Assembly: GCA_965228735.1 (NCBI GenBank)
Contig: OZ245838.1
Location: forward strand, 3,520,001 to 3,584,000
Length of the DNA: 64,000 bases
Direction of reading: 5' to 3'
From: Planctomycetota bacterium
GTDB taxonomy: Bacteria; Planctomycetota; UBA1135; UBA2386
Position numbers and translations under genes: made by a program. Position 1 is the first letter of the stretch; every line of letters begins with the position of its first letter. Below the pieces are notes generated by a model that was given only the letters and a program-made list of their open reading frames with translations, was not told the origin of the DNA and did not search any database. Of the stretch, positions 49,401-58,278 are shown in pieces.

Positions 49401-49863
49401 CGACGTCGCCGAGCGCGACATCGAGTTCCTCGCGCAGAAGCGCGGCAACATGAGCGCCGTGCGCTTCGCGATCGGCACCGGCAACAGCAAGCAGGAGATC
49501 ATCGCGAAGGGCACGGAGAACCCGACCTGGACGTGGACGCCCGCGATGGGCGCCGTGGTCGAGGTGCAGGGCGTGCCGGCCTTCGGCAAGCGGCCGTCGA
49601 GCCTCGAAGAGCGCAGCAGCTGGGGCCTCGTGCGCCTGCTCACGAAGGCCGAGGCGACGACGCGCACCGCGCGGCAGAACGAGTACCACATGTTCCGCTG
49701 GACGACGTTCCGGCATCCCGAGTCCGGCCAGGTGATCAGCGTCGACGGCAAACCCGTCGAAGCTGCGGTCCTGCTGCGCACCGAGAGCGAGCCGAACCCG
49801 CTCACGCCGGGCTTCTTCCACCACGAGTTCTCCCGCGAGGTGTTCGTTGCCACCGAGAACTGA
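46426..49863 (+). CDS. tssM: T6SS membrane subunit TssM (IcmF)
   Basis: Two N-terminal TMs, LYSLPWY..IG..GSGKTTLL, CDWWF, DTAGRY, FPVY..FTK.DL..GF..FF, RGFYFTSGTQEG and a third TM. Confidence 0.95.
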   Translation: MQKILGYLLTPPVPHILGLVLLSVVIWFGGRALESWLGLSDSALLLIIGGVWLLAGLVWVWRRYQASKRARLIEDRLRGQAREHKEAARPDRRKDIEALEQQLSGALDALKTSKMGKSALYSLPWYVIIGPPGSGKTTLLRESGLNFPELSHGRGVRGVGGTRNCDWWFTDSGILLDTAGRYTTESEDRDEWLAFLDMIKKARSKKPINGAVIAISIADIVQAGDEQLADHCRKIKERIAELTDKLELVFPVYLLFTKCDLLDGFVEFFGSYTKQERSQVWGFTLPYLEKDPQPLGQRFRTEFDELHTRLSAQRLQHLGKAKSKTKQRKVFSFPLQFQLARDKVAAFVEQLVQDNPYHESSDVRGFYFTSGTQEGQPLDQILASMRSASGLEAADEPEVSQPEVSQPEVSQVEVSKKAYFIDELFQDIVFPDHDLARSSAKAEKRRELIRKVSMIGSVAATFIVMVLLFVAYAGHSSLIDRSMRVYTEASAFDPKDPEHLRREEQRAGDGGGPFEQLRVLFEELRADFNTIDSYLLGQTNNLYTKRIRPLYVEKVITTFVEPIQNKLETQLKQAIELGKRGEFTRAMAKETDHRLTGYKMLGGLQRFDREFLGEDFLVRDRRWTWRPGEEVPACFEHLTTYVQFVIGTTFKDWAYINDRSLIPEAAELVNAEDILGQRLKEVVLEQGQGEQVPLTELIGPTPAASLLAPTGVQRAWVDGGPSEEALEKKGELIGGDEGAEAMKTRARQEAINTWKGVLATMKPDPKPNVRDAMRDLIELTGENNPYIGTYTLACSKLRALKLECEPGDLTWFENTLAEIAKLEEVTKTLYESGPHLRRIVPAAQKGAAGPIEQIRVEYFRVRSNIEENVRAYAAEPLRDSTQIALTHLVDSLQYAIAREIEQEVNQVWDGGIGKDLREFSQQFPFKSDTDANASTADFNAIFSKGGRFDEAWIWIDYLATTARDFGYARLADEFQADREFVARIQEALFTTGDVAERDIEFLAQKRGNMSAVRFAIGTGNSKQEIIAKGTENPTWTWTPAMGAVVEVQGVPAFGKRPSSLEERSSWGLVRLLTKAEATTRTARQNEYHMFRWTTFRHPESGQVISVDGKPVEAAVLLRTESEPNPLTPGFFHHEFSREVFVATEN
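47614..47673 (+). repeat. 15-bp in-frame tandem repeat x4 inside tssM (PEVSQ)n
   Basis: CCCGAGGTGTCGCAG / CCCGAGGTATCGCAG / CCCGAGGTATCGCAG / GTCGAGGTATCGAAG. Confidence 0.9.
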
Positions 49864-50770
49864 CGAACAACTGGCCTGCTTCGGCAAGCTGCCGATCGCC
49901 GGCGACTTCGTGCGCGGTGATCGCGAGGCGCCCGAGCTCGCGGACCTGGATGCGTGGATCCAGGACGGCATGCATCGCAGTCAGATGCAGCTCGGCAACG
50001 CGTGGCAAGGTCGCTTCGACGCGCTGCCGCCGTCGCGCTTCCTGTGGCAGAGCGCGCCGGGCGGGGCCGTGCTCGCGGGACTCTGGCGTTCGTCGGTCGA
50101 CTCCGCCGGCCGCCGATATCCGTTCCTCGTCGCGCTGCGGGCGAGCGGGCTCGAGCCCGCCGACGTCGCGGCATTGCCGATCGCGGTCGAAGCGATCGCC
50201 ACCGCGACAGCGCCGCTGTTCGAAACCGGGTTCGCCGGCCTCGACGCGGCCGGCGTCGTCCGCGCCATCCGCGAGCTGCCGTGCCACCCCGACCTCGAAG
50301 CCGCGCGCGCGACGCTCACGGAACGGGCGGGCAACACGACGACGGGCAGCGTGTCCGCCGGCGACGACCAGGTCACGGAGCTGCTGCTGCACGACCTCGA
50401 CGACCTCACGAGCGGACCGCCGCCGAAGTACTGCCTGCGCTGGCGCACGGCCGGCAACAGCGTCGACACGGCGTTCTGGCTGCAGGCGCTCGCGCGCGTC
50501 GGCATCGCGCCGCCGCGGCTCATGCTCTGGCACGACACGACCGACACCGAGCTACCGAACGGCTGCGTCCGGACCGCGCTGCACGAAGCCAGCGCGCGGA
50601 TGTTCACCGGACTCGTGTTCTTCGACGCGGACGACGACAACGCCTACGACATCGGGCGCGACTTCGACGGCGGCGAGCGGCTGCAGCAGGCACGCGCCCG
50701 CTACGGCGATGCGGTGTCGCGCAGCAACCAGGCGGACGCGCTCGCAGCTCTCCCCGGAGGAGCTGGCTAG
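49847..50770 (+). CDS. tagF: T6SS-associated protein TagF
   Basis: FGKLPIAGDFV, D.W...G and S.D..GR.YPF. Confidence 0.9.
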   Translation: MPPRTDEQLACFGKLPIAGDFVRGDREAPELADLDAWIQDGMHRSQMQLGNAWQGRFDALPPSRFLWQSAPGGAVLAGLWRSSVDSAGRRYPFLVALRASGLEPADVAALPIAVEAIATATAPLFETGFAGLDAAGVVRAIRELPCHPDLEAARATLTERAGNTTTGSVSAGDDQVTELLLHDLDDLTSGPPPKYCLRWRTAGNSVDTAFWLQALARVGIAPPRLMLWHDTTDTELPNGCVRTALHEASARMFTGLVFFDADDDNAYDIGRDFDGGERLQQARARYGDAVSRSNQADALAALPGGAG

Positions 50771-52327
50771 ATGGACCTCGAAGCGATCAAGAAGCTCGGC
50801 ACGGAGCCGTGCGCGGGCGGCGGCGCGGGCGAGTCCGTGCGCTACGAATCGGAGTTCGAGCAGCTGTCGAACGAGATCGAGAAGCTCACGTCGGTCGAGC
50901 AGACGCCGGTCGACTGGCGGCAGGTCGTGACGCTCGGCGAGACGCTGCTCGGCAAGGGCAAGGATCTCCTCGTCGCGGCCTACATGACGTGCGGCCTGCT
51001 CGAGCGCGGCGGCTACGAGGGCCTCGGCGTCGGCTGTGAGCTCCTCAAGGCGCTGACCGACAACTTCTGGGACGGCCTGTTCCCCGAGGCGCGCCGCATG
51101 CGCGCGCGCATCGCCGCGTTCGAATGGCTCGGCGCGCGGCTCGAGAAGGTGATCGCGACGAAGGGCGAACCCGCGATGAGCGACGGGCCCGGCCTCGAAG
51201 CCGCCGTCGAGGCGTTGCAGTACATCAACCGGAACCCGGACGACAAGTTCGGCCAGGAGGGCCCCAACCTCGGGCCGGCGGTGCGCGCACTGCGCGGCAA
51301 GCTCGACGAGGTGCCGCAGCCCGAACCCGAACCGGAGCCCGAACCCGAACCGGATCCGGCAACAGCACAGGCCGAGGCGGCCCCGCCGCCACCGCCGCCC
51401 GAACCGGAACCCGAGCCCGAGCCCGAACCCGCCGACCCGGAGACCGTCTTCGAGGCCATGCGCGGCATCCGCGAGCAGGAGCGCGAGTACGCGGGCATCC
51501 TGCGCGCGGCCGATCCCGTCGATCCGCGCGGCTGGCTGCTGTCGCGGGAGGCGTGGTGGAACGACGTGGCCGTGCAGCCGGGCGAGCCGCCGCGTGTGGA
51601 TGCGCCGGTCGGCGCCCCCGACGATCTCGCACCGCTCGAAGCCGCGCTCGCGACCGGCGAGTTCCAGCAGGCGCTCGACCAGGGCGAAGAGCTGCTCGAA
51701 CGCTTCCCGGTCTGGCTCGACCTGCAGCTCGTCATCGTGCGGGCGATCGACGGCCTCGGCCTGCGCTACGCGCGCGTGCATCACGCCGTGATCGAGGCCC
51801 TCGGCTTCCTGCTGCGCCGCTGCCCGACGCTCCCCGACGCGCTCGGCAACGACGACAAACCGCTCGCGACCGAGGCGACCCGAGTCTGGCTCAAGAACGA
51901 GGTCATCGGCGCGAGCACCGACGCCACCCCCGATCCCGCCGTGACGACGGGCGCCGAGGCCAGAAAGCTCGTCGCCCGCGGCCAGCTCGGCGAGGCGATG
52001 CGCCTCATGACGGGTCGCATCGACGCGACCGCGAGTCGGCGCGGCCGCTTCGAGCTGCGCCTCGACCTCTCGCGGCTCTGCATCGAAGCGGGTCGCGCGG
52101 AGCTCGCCGCTCCGCAGCTCGAACAACTCGAACAGGAAGTCGCCCACTTCTCCCTCGAGGAATGGGAACCCGAACTCGCCGCCGAGCTGGTGCGCCTGCT
52201 CTGGCAGTGCTGCTCGGGCCCGAAAGCCGTGCCCTCACTCGAGGCTCGGGGACAGGACATCTATGCGCGACTGTGCCGTTTGGACCCGGCCGCCGCGATC
52301 ACAGCGACAGGTCCGCAAGGAGACTGA
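50771..52327 (+). CDS. tssA: T6SS protein TssA (ImpA_N domain + Pro/Glu linker + VasJ-type C-terminus)
   Basis: G...RY...FE.L..EI.K, W..V, KDL....Y, FW...FP...R.R; WLDL, LE.WEP and LC.LD. Confidence 0.9.
   Translation: MDLEAIKKLGTEPCAGGGAGESVRYESEFEQLSNEIEKLTSVEQTPVDWRQVVTLGETLLGKGKDLLVAAYMTCGLLERGGYEGLGVGCELLKALTDNFWDGLFPEARRMRARIAAFEWLGARLEKVIATKGEPAMSDGPGLEAAVEALQYINRNPDDKFGQEGPNLGPAVRALRGKLDEVPQPEPEPEPEPEPDPATAQAEAAPPPPPPEPEPEPEPEPADPETVFEAMRGIREQEREYAGILRAADPVDPRGWLLSREAWWNDVAVQPGEPPRVDAPVGAPDDLAPLEAALATGEFQQALDQGEELLERFPVWLDLQLVIVRAIDGLGLRYARVHHAVIEALGFLLRRCPTLPDALGNDDKPLATEATRVWLKNEVIGASTDATPDPAVTTGAEARKLVARGQLGEAMRLMTGRIDATASRRGRFELRLDLSRLCIEAGRAELAAPQLEQLEQEVAHFSLEEWEPELAAELVRLLWQCCSGPKAVPSLEARGQDIYARLCRLDPAAAITATGPQGD
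51320..51430 (+). repeat. (PE)n hexanucleotide microsatellite blocks in the tssA linker
   Basis: Two CCCGAA/CCGGAG arrays encoding PEPEPEPEPEPD and PPPPPPPEPEPEPEPEP. Confidence 0.8.
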
Positions 52328-52329
52328 CA

Positions 52330-52896
52330 ATGGCCAAGGATGGCTCAGTAGCACCACGCGAACGCATCAACATCAAGTATCGCCCGGCCACGGGCGACGC
52401 GACCGAAGAGAAAGAGCTGCCGCTGAAGCTGTTGATGCTCGGCGACTACACGTTGCGCAACGACGAGACGCCGCTCGAAGAGCGCGCGCCGGTCACGGTC
52501 GACAAGGACAACTTCAACGACGTCATGCGAGGCATGAACCTCAAACTCGACGTCAATGTGAAGAACACGCTGTCGGGCAAGGACGACGAGGAGCTCGCCG
52601 CGTCGCTCAAGTTCGAGAACCTGAGTGACTTCGGACCCGAGTCGATCGCGAAGCAGGTGCCGGAGCTGCAGCAGCTGCTCGGCCTGCGGGAGGCGCTCGT
52701 CGCGCTCAAGGGCCCGCTCGGCAACATGCAGGGCTTCCGCAAGAAGATCCAGGAGATCCTCACGGACGAGGAGAGCCGCAACAAGCTGCTGAAGGAACTC
52801 GGTGTCGGCGACGACGGCGCATCCGGTGGCGGCGACGCACCTGCGGACGGCGGCGGCGACAGCGGCAGTGGCGACAGCGGCGGCGACCAGAGCTGA
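52330..52896 (+). CDS. tssB: T6SS contractile sheath small subunit TssB (VipA)
   Basis: MAKDGSVAPRERINIKY.PATG...ELPLK...GD, DF.PE...QVPEL..L...REAL..LKGPLGN. Confidence 0.96.
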   Translation: MAKDGSVAPRERINIKYRPATGDATEEKELPLKLLMLGDYTLRNDETPLEERAPVTVDKDNFNDVMRGMNLKLDVNVKNTLSGKDDEELAASLKFENLSDFGPESIAKQVPELQQLLGLREALVALKGPLGNMQGFRKKIQEILTDEESRNKLLKELGVGDDGASGGGDAPADGGGDSGSGDSGGDQS

Positions 52897-52913
52897 GGCC
52901 AGGAGGAATCACG

Positions 52914-54398
52914 ATGAGCGAAGAACAAAAACAAGACCAGCAGCCCGAGGCGCAGGCCGCGGACGGCTTCTCGCTGCTCGACGAGATCATGCAGCAGACC
53001 AAGATGGCCCCCGACGACGAGAGCTACGCGGTTGCGCGGCGCGGCGTCGAGGCCTTCATCGGCGAGATGCTCGCGCCCAAGTCGGTGTACGAGAAGGCCG
53101 ACAAGCGCGCCGTCGACCAGATGATCGCGGAGATCGACCGCAAGCTCAGCGAGCAGATCGACCAGATCTTGCACCACGAGAAGGTGCAGCAGCTCGAATC
53201 CGCCTGGCGCGGGTTGAAGTTCGTCGTCAACCGCACGGACTTCCGCGAGGGCAACAAGATCGAGGTGCTCAACGTCAGCAAGGACCAGCTCCTCGAGGAC
53301 TTCGAGGACTCTCCCGAAGTCGTGCGGTCGGGCCTCTACAAGCTGGCCTACACCGCGGAATACGGCCAGTTCGGTGGTGAGCCGTATGCCGCCATGATCG
53401 GCAACTACGACTTCGGCCCCGGCGCCCAGGACATCGCGCTGCTGCAGAACGTGGCCAGCGTCGCGTCGATGGCGCATGCGCCGTTCATCGCGGCTGCCGG
53501 TCCGAAGTTCTTCGGCCTCGAGAAGGACTTCCAGGGCCTCGCCAACCTCAAGGACCTCGAGTCGGTCTTCGAGGGCCCGCAGTACACCAAGTGGCAGTCG
53601 TTCCGCGAGTCCGAGGACGCGCGCTACGTCGGCCTGACGGCGCCGCGCTTCCTGCTGCGCCTGCCGTACGGCGAAGACAACCCCGTCAAGGCGTTCGAGT
53701 ACAAGGAGAGCGTCGACGACGGCCACAACAGCTACCTCTGGGGCAACACGGCGTTCTCGTTCGCGACCAAGCTGACCGAGAGCTTCGCGCAGTACCGCTG
53801 GTGTCCGAACATCATCGGCCCGCAGAGCGGCGGCGCCGTCGAGGACCTGCCGCTGCACCAGTACGAAGCTGCCGGCGCAACCGAGACGAAGATCCCGACC
53901 GAGCTGCTGATCAGCGAGCGGCGCGAGTACGAACTCGCGGAGCAGGGCTTCATCCCGCTGTCGATGCGCAAGGGCAGCGACAACGCGTGCTTCTTCTCCG
54001 CCAACTCGACGCAGAAGGCCAAGAACTTCGGCTCGAGCAAGGAAGGCAAGGAAGCGGAGCTCAACTACCGCCTCGGCACGCAGCTGCCGTACATGTTCGT
54101 GATCAACCGCCTGGCGCACTACATCAAGGTGCTGCAGCGCGAGCAGATCGGCAGCGCCAAGGACCGCAAGGGTCTCGAGCGCGAGCTCAACAGCTGGCTG
54201 TCGCAGTACGTCGTCGAGGACGACAACCCGTCGCCCGATGTCCGCGCGCGCCGGCCGCTGCGTGAGGCCGCAATCATGGTCGAGGACGTCGAGGGCGAGC
54301 CCGGCTGGTACCGGGTCCGCATGCAGGTCCGGCCTCACTTCAAGTACATGGGCTCGATGTTCACCCTGTCCATGGTCGGCAAGCTCGACAAGGACTGA
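52914..54398 (+). CDS. tssC: T6SS contractile sheath large subunit TssC (VipB)
   Basis: LESAWRGL, EYGQFGGEP, HAPF, YLWGN, RWCPNIIGPQSGG, RLAHYIKV.QRE.IGS and RPL.EA; AGGAGG RBS. Confidence 0.97.
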   Translation: MSEEQKQDQQPEAQAADGFSLLDEIMQQTKMAPDDESYAVARRGVEAFIGEMLAPKSVYEKADKRAVDQMIAEIDRKLSEQIDQILHHEKVQQLESAWRGLKFVVNRTDFREGNKIEVLNVSKDQLLEDFEDSPEVVRSGLYKLAYTAEYGQFGGEPYAAMIGNYDFGPGAQDIALLQNVASVASMAHAPFIAAAGPKFFGLEKDFQGLANLKDLESVFEGPQYTKWQSFRESEDARYVGLTAPRFLLRLPYGEDNPVKAFEYKESVDDGHNSYLWGNTAFSFATKLTESFAQYRWCPNIIGPQSGGAVEDLPLHQYEAAGATETKIPTELLISERREYELAEQGFIPLSMRKGSDNACFFSANSTQKAKNFGSSKEGKEAELNYRLGTQLPYMFVINRLAHYIKVLQREQIGSAKDRKGLERELNSWLSQYVVEDDNPSPDVRARRPLREAAIMVEDVEGEPGWYRVRMQVRPHFKYMGSMFTLSMVGKLDKD

Positions 54399-54410
54399 GC
54401 CGGTCGCATC

Positions 54411-54441
54411 GCCCGGACAGCCGCCCTCGGGCGGCCCGGGC
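54411..54441 (+). terminator. GC-rich hairpin downstream of tssC (no U-tract)
   Basis: GCCCGG..GCCGCCC-TC-GGGCGGC-CCGGGC. Confidence 0.4.
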
Positions 54442-54452
54442 GCGATCCGGGG

Positions 54453-54497
54453 CGCAGTTCTGAGGACAAGTCAGTTCTGACCCCAGTCAGTTCTGAC
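54453..54497. promoter_or_regulatory. Three tandem CAGTTCTGA motifs, two forming the palindrome GTCAG-TT-CTGAC, upstream of hcp
   Basis: CAGTTCTGA at 54455, 54472 and 54488; GTCAGTTCTGAC at 54470-81 and 54486-97. Confidence 0.55.
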
Positions 54498-54605
54498 AAC
54501 TAGTCACAACGCCGCCCCAAACCCGCCGTTACTTACCCAGACACCAAACCAACCTTTGAACCCGCGGCCGCACCGGCCGCCAGCCAGTAACACCAGGAGA
54601 ACACC

Positions 54606-55091
54606 ATGGGCAGCATGAAAGTCTTTATGAAGGTCGAGGGCATCGCCGGTTCCTCGATGGAGAAGGGTCGCGACGATTGGAGCGACGTGCGCGGCTTCGA
54701 CCACAAGCTGCAATACCCGTTCGACATGCGGGACAACCGCGGCCGCGGCGAGCCCGAGCACGGCGCCTGCACGATCCTCAAGGAGATCGACAAGGCCTCG
54801 CCGAAGTTCTACGAGGCGCTGGCCAAGAAGAAGAAGGTCGACTCCATCCTGCTCGAGTTCGAGCGCGACAAGCCGGGTGAAGGCTCGACGGAGGCCTACT
54901 TCCGGATGGAGCTGCAGGACTGCCGCGTCATCACGGCCCGGCCGCACGTGCCGCAGGCCACGGGTGCTGGCGACGACAACTCGCCGCCGCACATGGAAGA
55001 GATCGGTTTCGCCTACCGCAAGATCACCTGGACGTGGGATTCGGGCGGCGCGATCGAGACGACCTTCGACTTCTCGGACCCGAAGGCCTAA
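54606..55091 (+). CDS. hcp: T6SS tube protein Hcp (TssD)
   Basis: G..G.S....R, G...H....I.K.IDKASP and HMEEI.F.YRKITWTW; AGGAG RBS. Confidence 0.93.
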   Translation: MGSMKVFMKVEGIAGSSMEKGRDDWSDVRGFDHKLQYPFDMRDNRGRGEPEHGACTILKEIDKASPKFYEALAKKKKVDSILLEFERDKPGEGSTEAYFRMELQDCRVITARPHVPQATGAGDDNSPPHMEEIGFAYRKITWTWDSGGAIETTFDFSDPKA

Positions 55092-55118
55092 TCGCGCCTT
55101 CCGGGGCCGCCACGCCGC

Positions 55119-55535
55119 ATGACGCTCTCCGAGAGCTCGCTGTTCGAACGGCTGCGTGACGAGCGCGGTGCGAGGGACCCGTCGATGTCCCTCGACCGCG
55201 CCCGGCTGCGGCAATCGATCGCGGACAACCTGCAGCGGCTCGTCACCGCACGGGTGATGCACGCCCCGGCGCAACTCGACTACGGGCTGCCGGATCCGAA
55301 CGAGATCCTGCACGCCCCCGACGGCGGCGCGGACCTGATCCGCAAACGGCTCAAGCACTGTGTCGAACACTACGAGCCCCGCCTGACCGACGTCCGCATC
55401 CTCCACATCGAATCCGCGGAGCTCGGTCACACCATCCACTTCTCGCTGCAGGCCCGGCTCAAGAGCGACCCACCCGAACCGATCGCGATCGACGCGCGGA
55501 TCGGACCCAACGGCCGCATCGTGGTGACCGCCTGA
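55119..55535 (+). CDS. tssE: T6SS baseplate subunit TssE (gp25-like)
   Basis: SLFERL, SI..NL..L, DYGLPD and YEPRL..V.I. Confidence 0.92.
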   Translation: MTLSESSLFERLRDERGARDPSMSLDRARLRQSIADNLQRLVTARVMHAPAQLDYGLPDPNEILHAPDGGADLIRKRLKHCVEHYEPRLTDVRILHIESAELGHTIHFSLQARLKSDPPEPIAIDARIGPNGRIVVTA

Positions 55536-57259
55536 TGTTCGCCAAGTACTACCAGGACGAACTCGCATGGCTCCGCGAGATGGGCAAGGAGCTCGCGGAC
55601 ACGCGACCGGAGCTGGCCCGCTACCTCGGGGAACCCGGCTCGGATCCTGACGTCGAACGCCTGCTCGAGGGTTTCGCCTTCCTCACGGGCCGCATCCGAC
55701 AGAAGCTCGACGACGAGTTCCCCGAGTTCACGCACGGGCTGCTCGACATGTTCTGCCCGCACTATCTGCGGCCGATCCCGGCGATGGCGATCGCGCAGAT
55801 CACACCGAAGCAGAACCGCAACGCGGGCGGCGCATCGATCCCGCGCGGGACCCCGATCGAGAGCACTCCGGTCGACGGCACGCGCTGCCGCTTCCGCACG
55901 GTCGCGGATCTCCACCCGGCACCGTTCGCGCTGCAGGAGGTCGCGTTCCGGATCGGTCACCCATCCAAGCTCGAGCTGCGCCTGCGCACGCGATCCGGCC
56001 CCGGCCTCGGCGACCGCCCGCTGCGGCTGCACCTGGCAGGTGATCAGCAGGTCAGCCGCGCGCTCTTCGTGCTGCTGACGCACTACACCGACCGCGTCAC
56101 GCTCCACGGTGACGGGCGCACCGAGGCCACCACGCTCGCGGCGACGATCCGACCCGGCGGACTGGCCGAAGAAGAGGCCGCCTTGCCGCTGCCGCGCGGC
56201 TCGTTCCGCGGCTTCCGGCTGCTGCAGGAGTACTTCGCGTGCCCCGAACGCTTCATGTTCGTCGATGTCTTCGGCCTCGGTGACATCGACACCGGCGCGG
56301 GCGGCGGCGATCTCACGCTGAGCTTCGAGTTCCGGCAGCTGCCCGACGACATGCCGCCGGTCGGCGACGGCAACGTGCTGCTCGACTGCGTGCCGCTCGT
56401 CAACCTGTTCGACCACGACGCGGACCCGGTGCGCGCCGAAGCCGGCCGCACCGAATACCGGATCCGCCCCGCGGGCAAGGACTCGGAGCACTACGAGATC
56501 CACTCCGTGAGCGCCGTCGAAGGGCGCGTTCGCGGCGGCGGCAAGGCGGAACGCTACCAGCCGTTCTTCACGTTCGAGCCGCGGCACGACGACTCGGGGC
56601 GGCACTACGAACTGCGCCGCCGGGACTCCGTCCGGAGCGCTGGCACCGACCTCTACCTCCGGCTCGGCGCGAGCGATCCCGACCAGTGGTCCGAGCTCGA
56701 CACGATCTCGGTCGACCTCGTGTGCAGCAATCGCGACCTGACGACGCGACTCGGCCCGGGCGACATCAACCACGCCACGCCCGATACTCCGGGCGCGTTC
56801 GACTACCGCAGCGTCGGCGCTCCCTCCACGCCGGTGCCGCCGCCGATGGGCGACGACGTGCACTGGCGCCTGCTCGCGCACATGACGCTCAACCTGCGAC
56901 GCCTCGGCGATCGCGACTCGCTGACGACGGCGCTGTCGCTCTACGACTTCCGCGCGCGCGTCGATCGCCAGAGCAAGCGCCGCCTCGAGAACCTGCTGCA
57001 GGCGATCGAGTCGGTCGAGCTGCGGCGTGAGGTCGATCTGCTCGACGGCGTGCCCGTGAACGGCTCCGTGATCGCGCTGCGCATCGACGAGGAGAAGGCC
57101 GGCGGCGAAGGCGAGACCTGTGTTCTCGGCACGATCCTCAGCGAGTTCTTCGCGCAGTACGTGTCGCTCAATTCCTTCTCCCGGCTGCGTATCGAGTGCA
57201 CCGGGAACAACGAGGTCTTCACATGGCCGGCGCGGATCGGGCGACGAATCACGATCTGA
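55535..57259 (+). CDS. tssF: T6SS baseplate subunit TssF
   Basis: YYQDEL..LRE, DPDVERLLEGFAFL, PHYLRPIP, LLQEYF..PE.F, P.VNLF, W.L and Y.S.NSF. Confidence 0.95.
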   Translation: MFAKYYQDELAWLREMGKELADTRPELARYLGEPGSDPDVERLLEGFAFLTGRIRQKLDDEFPEFTHGLLDMFCPHYLRPIPAMAIAQITPKQNRNAGGASIPRGTPIESTPVDGTRCRFRTVADLHPAPFALQEVAFRIGHPSKLELRLRTRSGPGLGDRPLRLHLAGDQQVSRALFVLLTHYTDRVTLHGDGRTEATTLAATIRPGGLAEEEAALPLPRGSFRGFRLLQEYFACPERFMFVDVFGLGDIDTGAGGGDLTLSFEFRQLPDDMPPVGDGNVLLDCVPLVNLFDHDADPVRAEAGRTEYRIRPAGKDSEHYEIHSVSAVEGRVRGGGKAERYQPFFTFEPRHDDSGRHYELRRRDSVRSAGTDLYLRLGASDPDQWSELDTISVDLVCSNRDLTTRLGPGDINHATPDTPGAFDYRSVGAPSTPVPPPMGDDVHWRLLAHMTLNLRRLGDRDSLTTALSLYDFRARVDRQSKRRLENLLQAIESVELRREVDLLDGVPVNGSVIALRIDEEKAGGEGETCVLGTILSEFFAQYVSLNSFSRLRIECTGNNEVFTWPARIGRRITI

Positions 57260-58278
57260 TCCGCGCCCTCGAGGAGCGGTGCACCGCGGCCGGGTTCCAC
57301 CAGGTCGTGCGCATCCTCGAGGCGCTGCCCCTGCGCGAAGACGCCGTGCCCGTCGGCCACCAGGGCCCGCCGCACCGCGAGGGTGTGCGTTTTCGGCCGG
57401 CACTCGACCTGTCCTTCGGCAGCAGCGAGATCGAGGCCTGTGAAATCGACGAGGAGCGCGTCCGCTTCGAGCTCACGACCCGCTTCTTCGGGCTCTACGG
57501 CACGCAGTCGCCGATGCCCGCGGATCTGACGGAGCGGCTGCTCTACGACGACCCCGACGGCCGACTGCGGGCGTTCCTCGACGTCTTCAACCACCGCTTG
57601 CTGTCGTTCCAGCACCGCGCTTGGGCCAAGTATCGCCGCGCCGTGCAGTACGACGGCCGCGGTACGGACAGCAGCTCGCGCCGCATGCGCTTGCTCTGCA
57701 ACGTCGAGGAGCTCGGCGCGCCGCTGCAGCTCCTCGGCTTCGCCGGCGCACTGCAGGACACGCCGCTGTCCGAGACGTCGTTCGAGCACGTGCTGCGCGA
57801 GTGCCTCGGCATCCCGCTCGAGGTGCGGTCGTGCCGCGTGCGCTGGATCCGCACGCCGAAGGTGCACCGCACGCAGCTCGGCCGCCGCAACTGCACACTC
57901 GGCGGCATCGCCCCGCTCGGCGACGAGATGCGCTCCGCGACGACGACGTTCCAGATCTGGATCGGCCCCGTCGGTGAAGCGGACTACCTGGCGTTCCTGC
58001 CGAACGGCTCCCGCCGCCAGGAGCTGTGCCGGCTCGTCGATCGCCTCAACACCGACCAGCTCGACTGCGAGATCGCCATCGAGGTCGAGCCCGACGCGAT
58101 CCGCCCGGCCCGCCTCGGCCCCAATGACGCGGCCCGCGACGCGGCCAGCGACGACGCCGAGGCGTCCGAGCACGGCCGCCAGGGTCTCGGCTGGAATACC
58201 TGGCTCGGAGCCGACGCCAACGCCCTCGCACCTGCCCGCGGCGACAGTGTCGCGCGCTCCCTCCATCGCCCCGCCTGA
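57223..58278 (+). CDS. tssG: T6SS baseplate subunit TssG
   Basis: F.Q.VR.LE, RFRP...L.F...EI, FFGLYG..SP.P, FLD.FNHR and LG..TWLG; overlaps the 3' end of tssF as is usual. Confidence 0.93.
   Translation: MAGADRATNHDLIRALEERCTAAGFHQVVRILEALPLREDAVPVGHQGPPHREGVRFRPALDLSFGSSEIEACEIDEERVRFELTTRFFGLYGTQSPMPADLTERLLYDDPDGRLRAFLDVFNHRLLSFQHRAWAKYRRAVQYDGRGTDSSSRRMRLLCNVEELGAPLQLLGFAGALQDTPLSETSFEHVLRECLGIPLEVRSCRVRWIRTPKVHRTQLGRRNCTLGGIAPLGDEMRSATTTFQIWIGPVGEADYLAFLPNGSRRQELCRLVDRLNTDQLDCEIAIEVEPDAIRPARLGPNDAARDAASDDAEASEHGRQGLGWNTWLGADANALAPARGDSVARSLHRPA

Noticed and set aside
54453..54510. Mini-CRISPR interpretation of the repeats upstream of hcp
   Set aside because: Units are 9-13 bp with very short spacers, and no cas genes are present.
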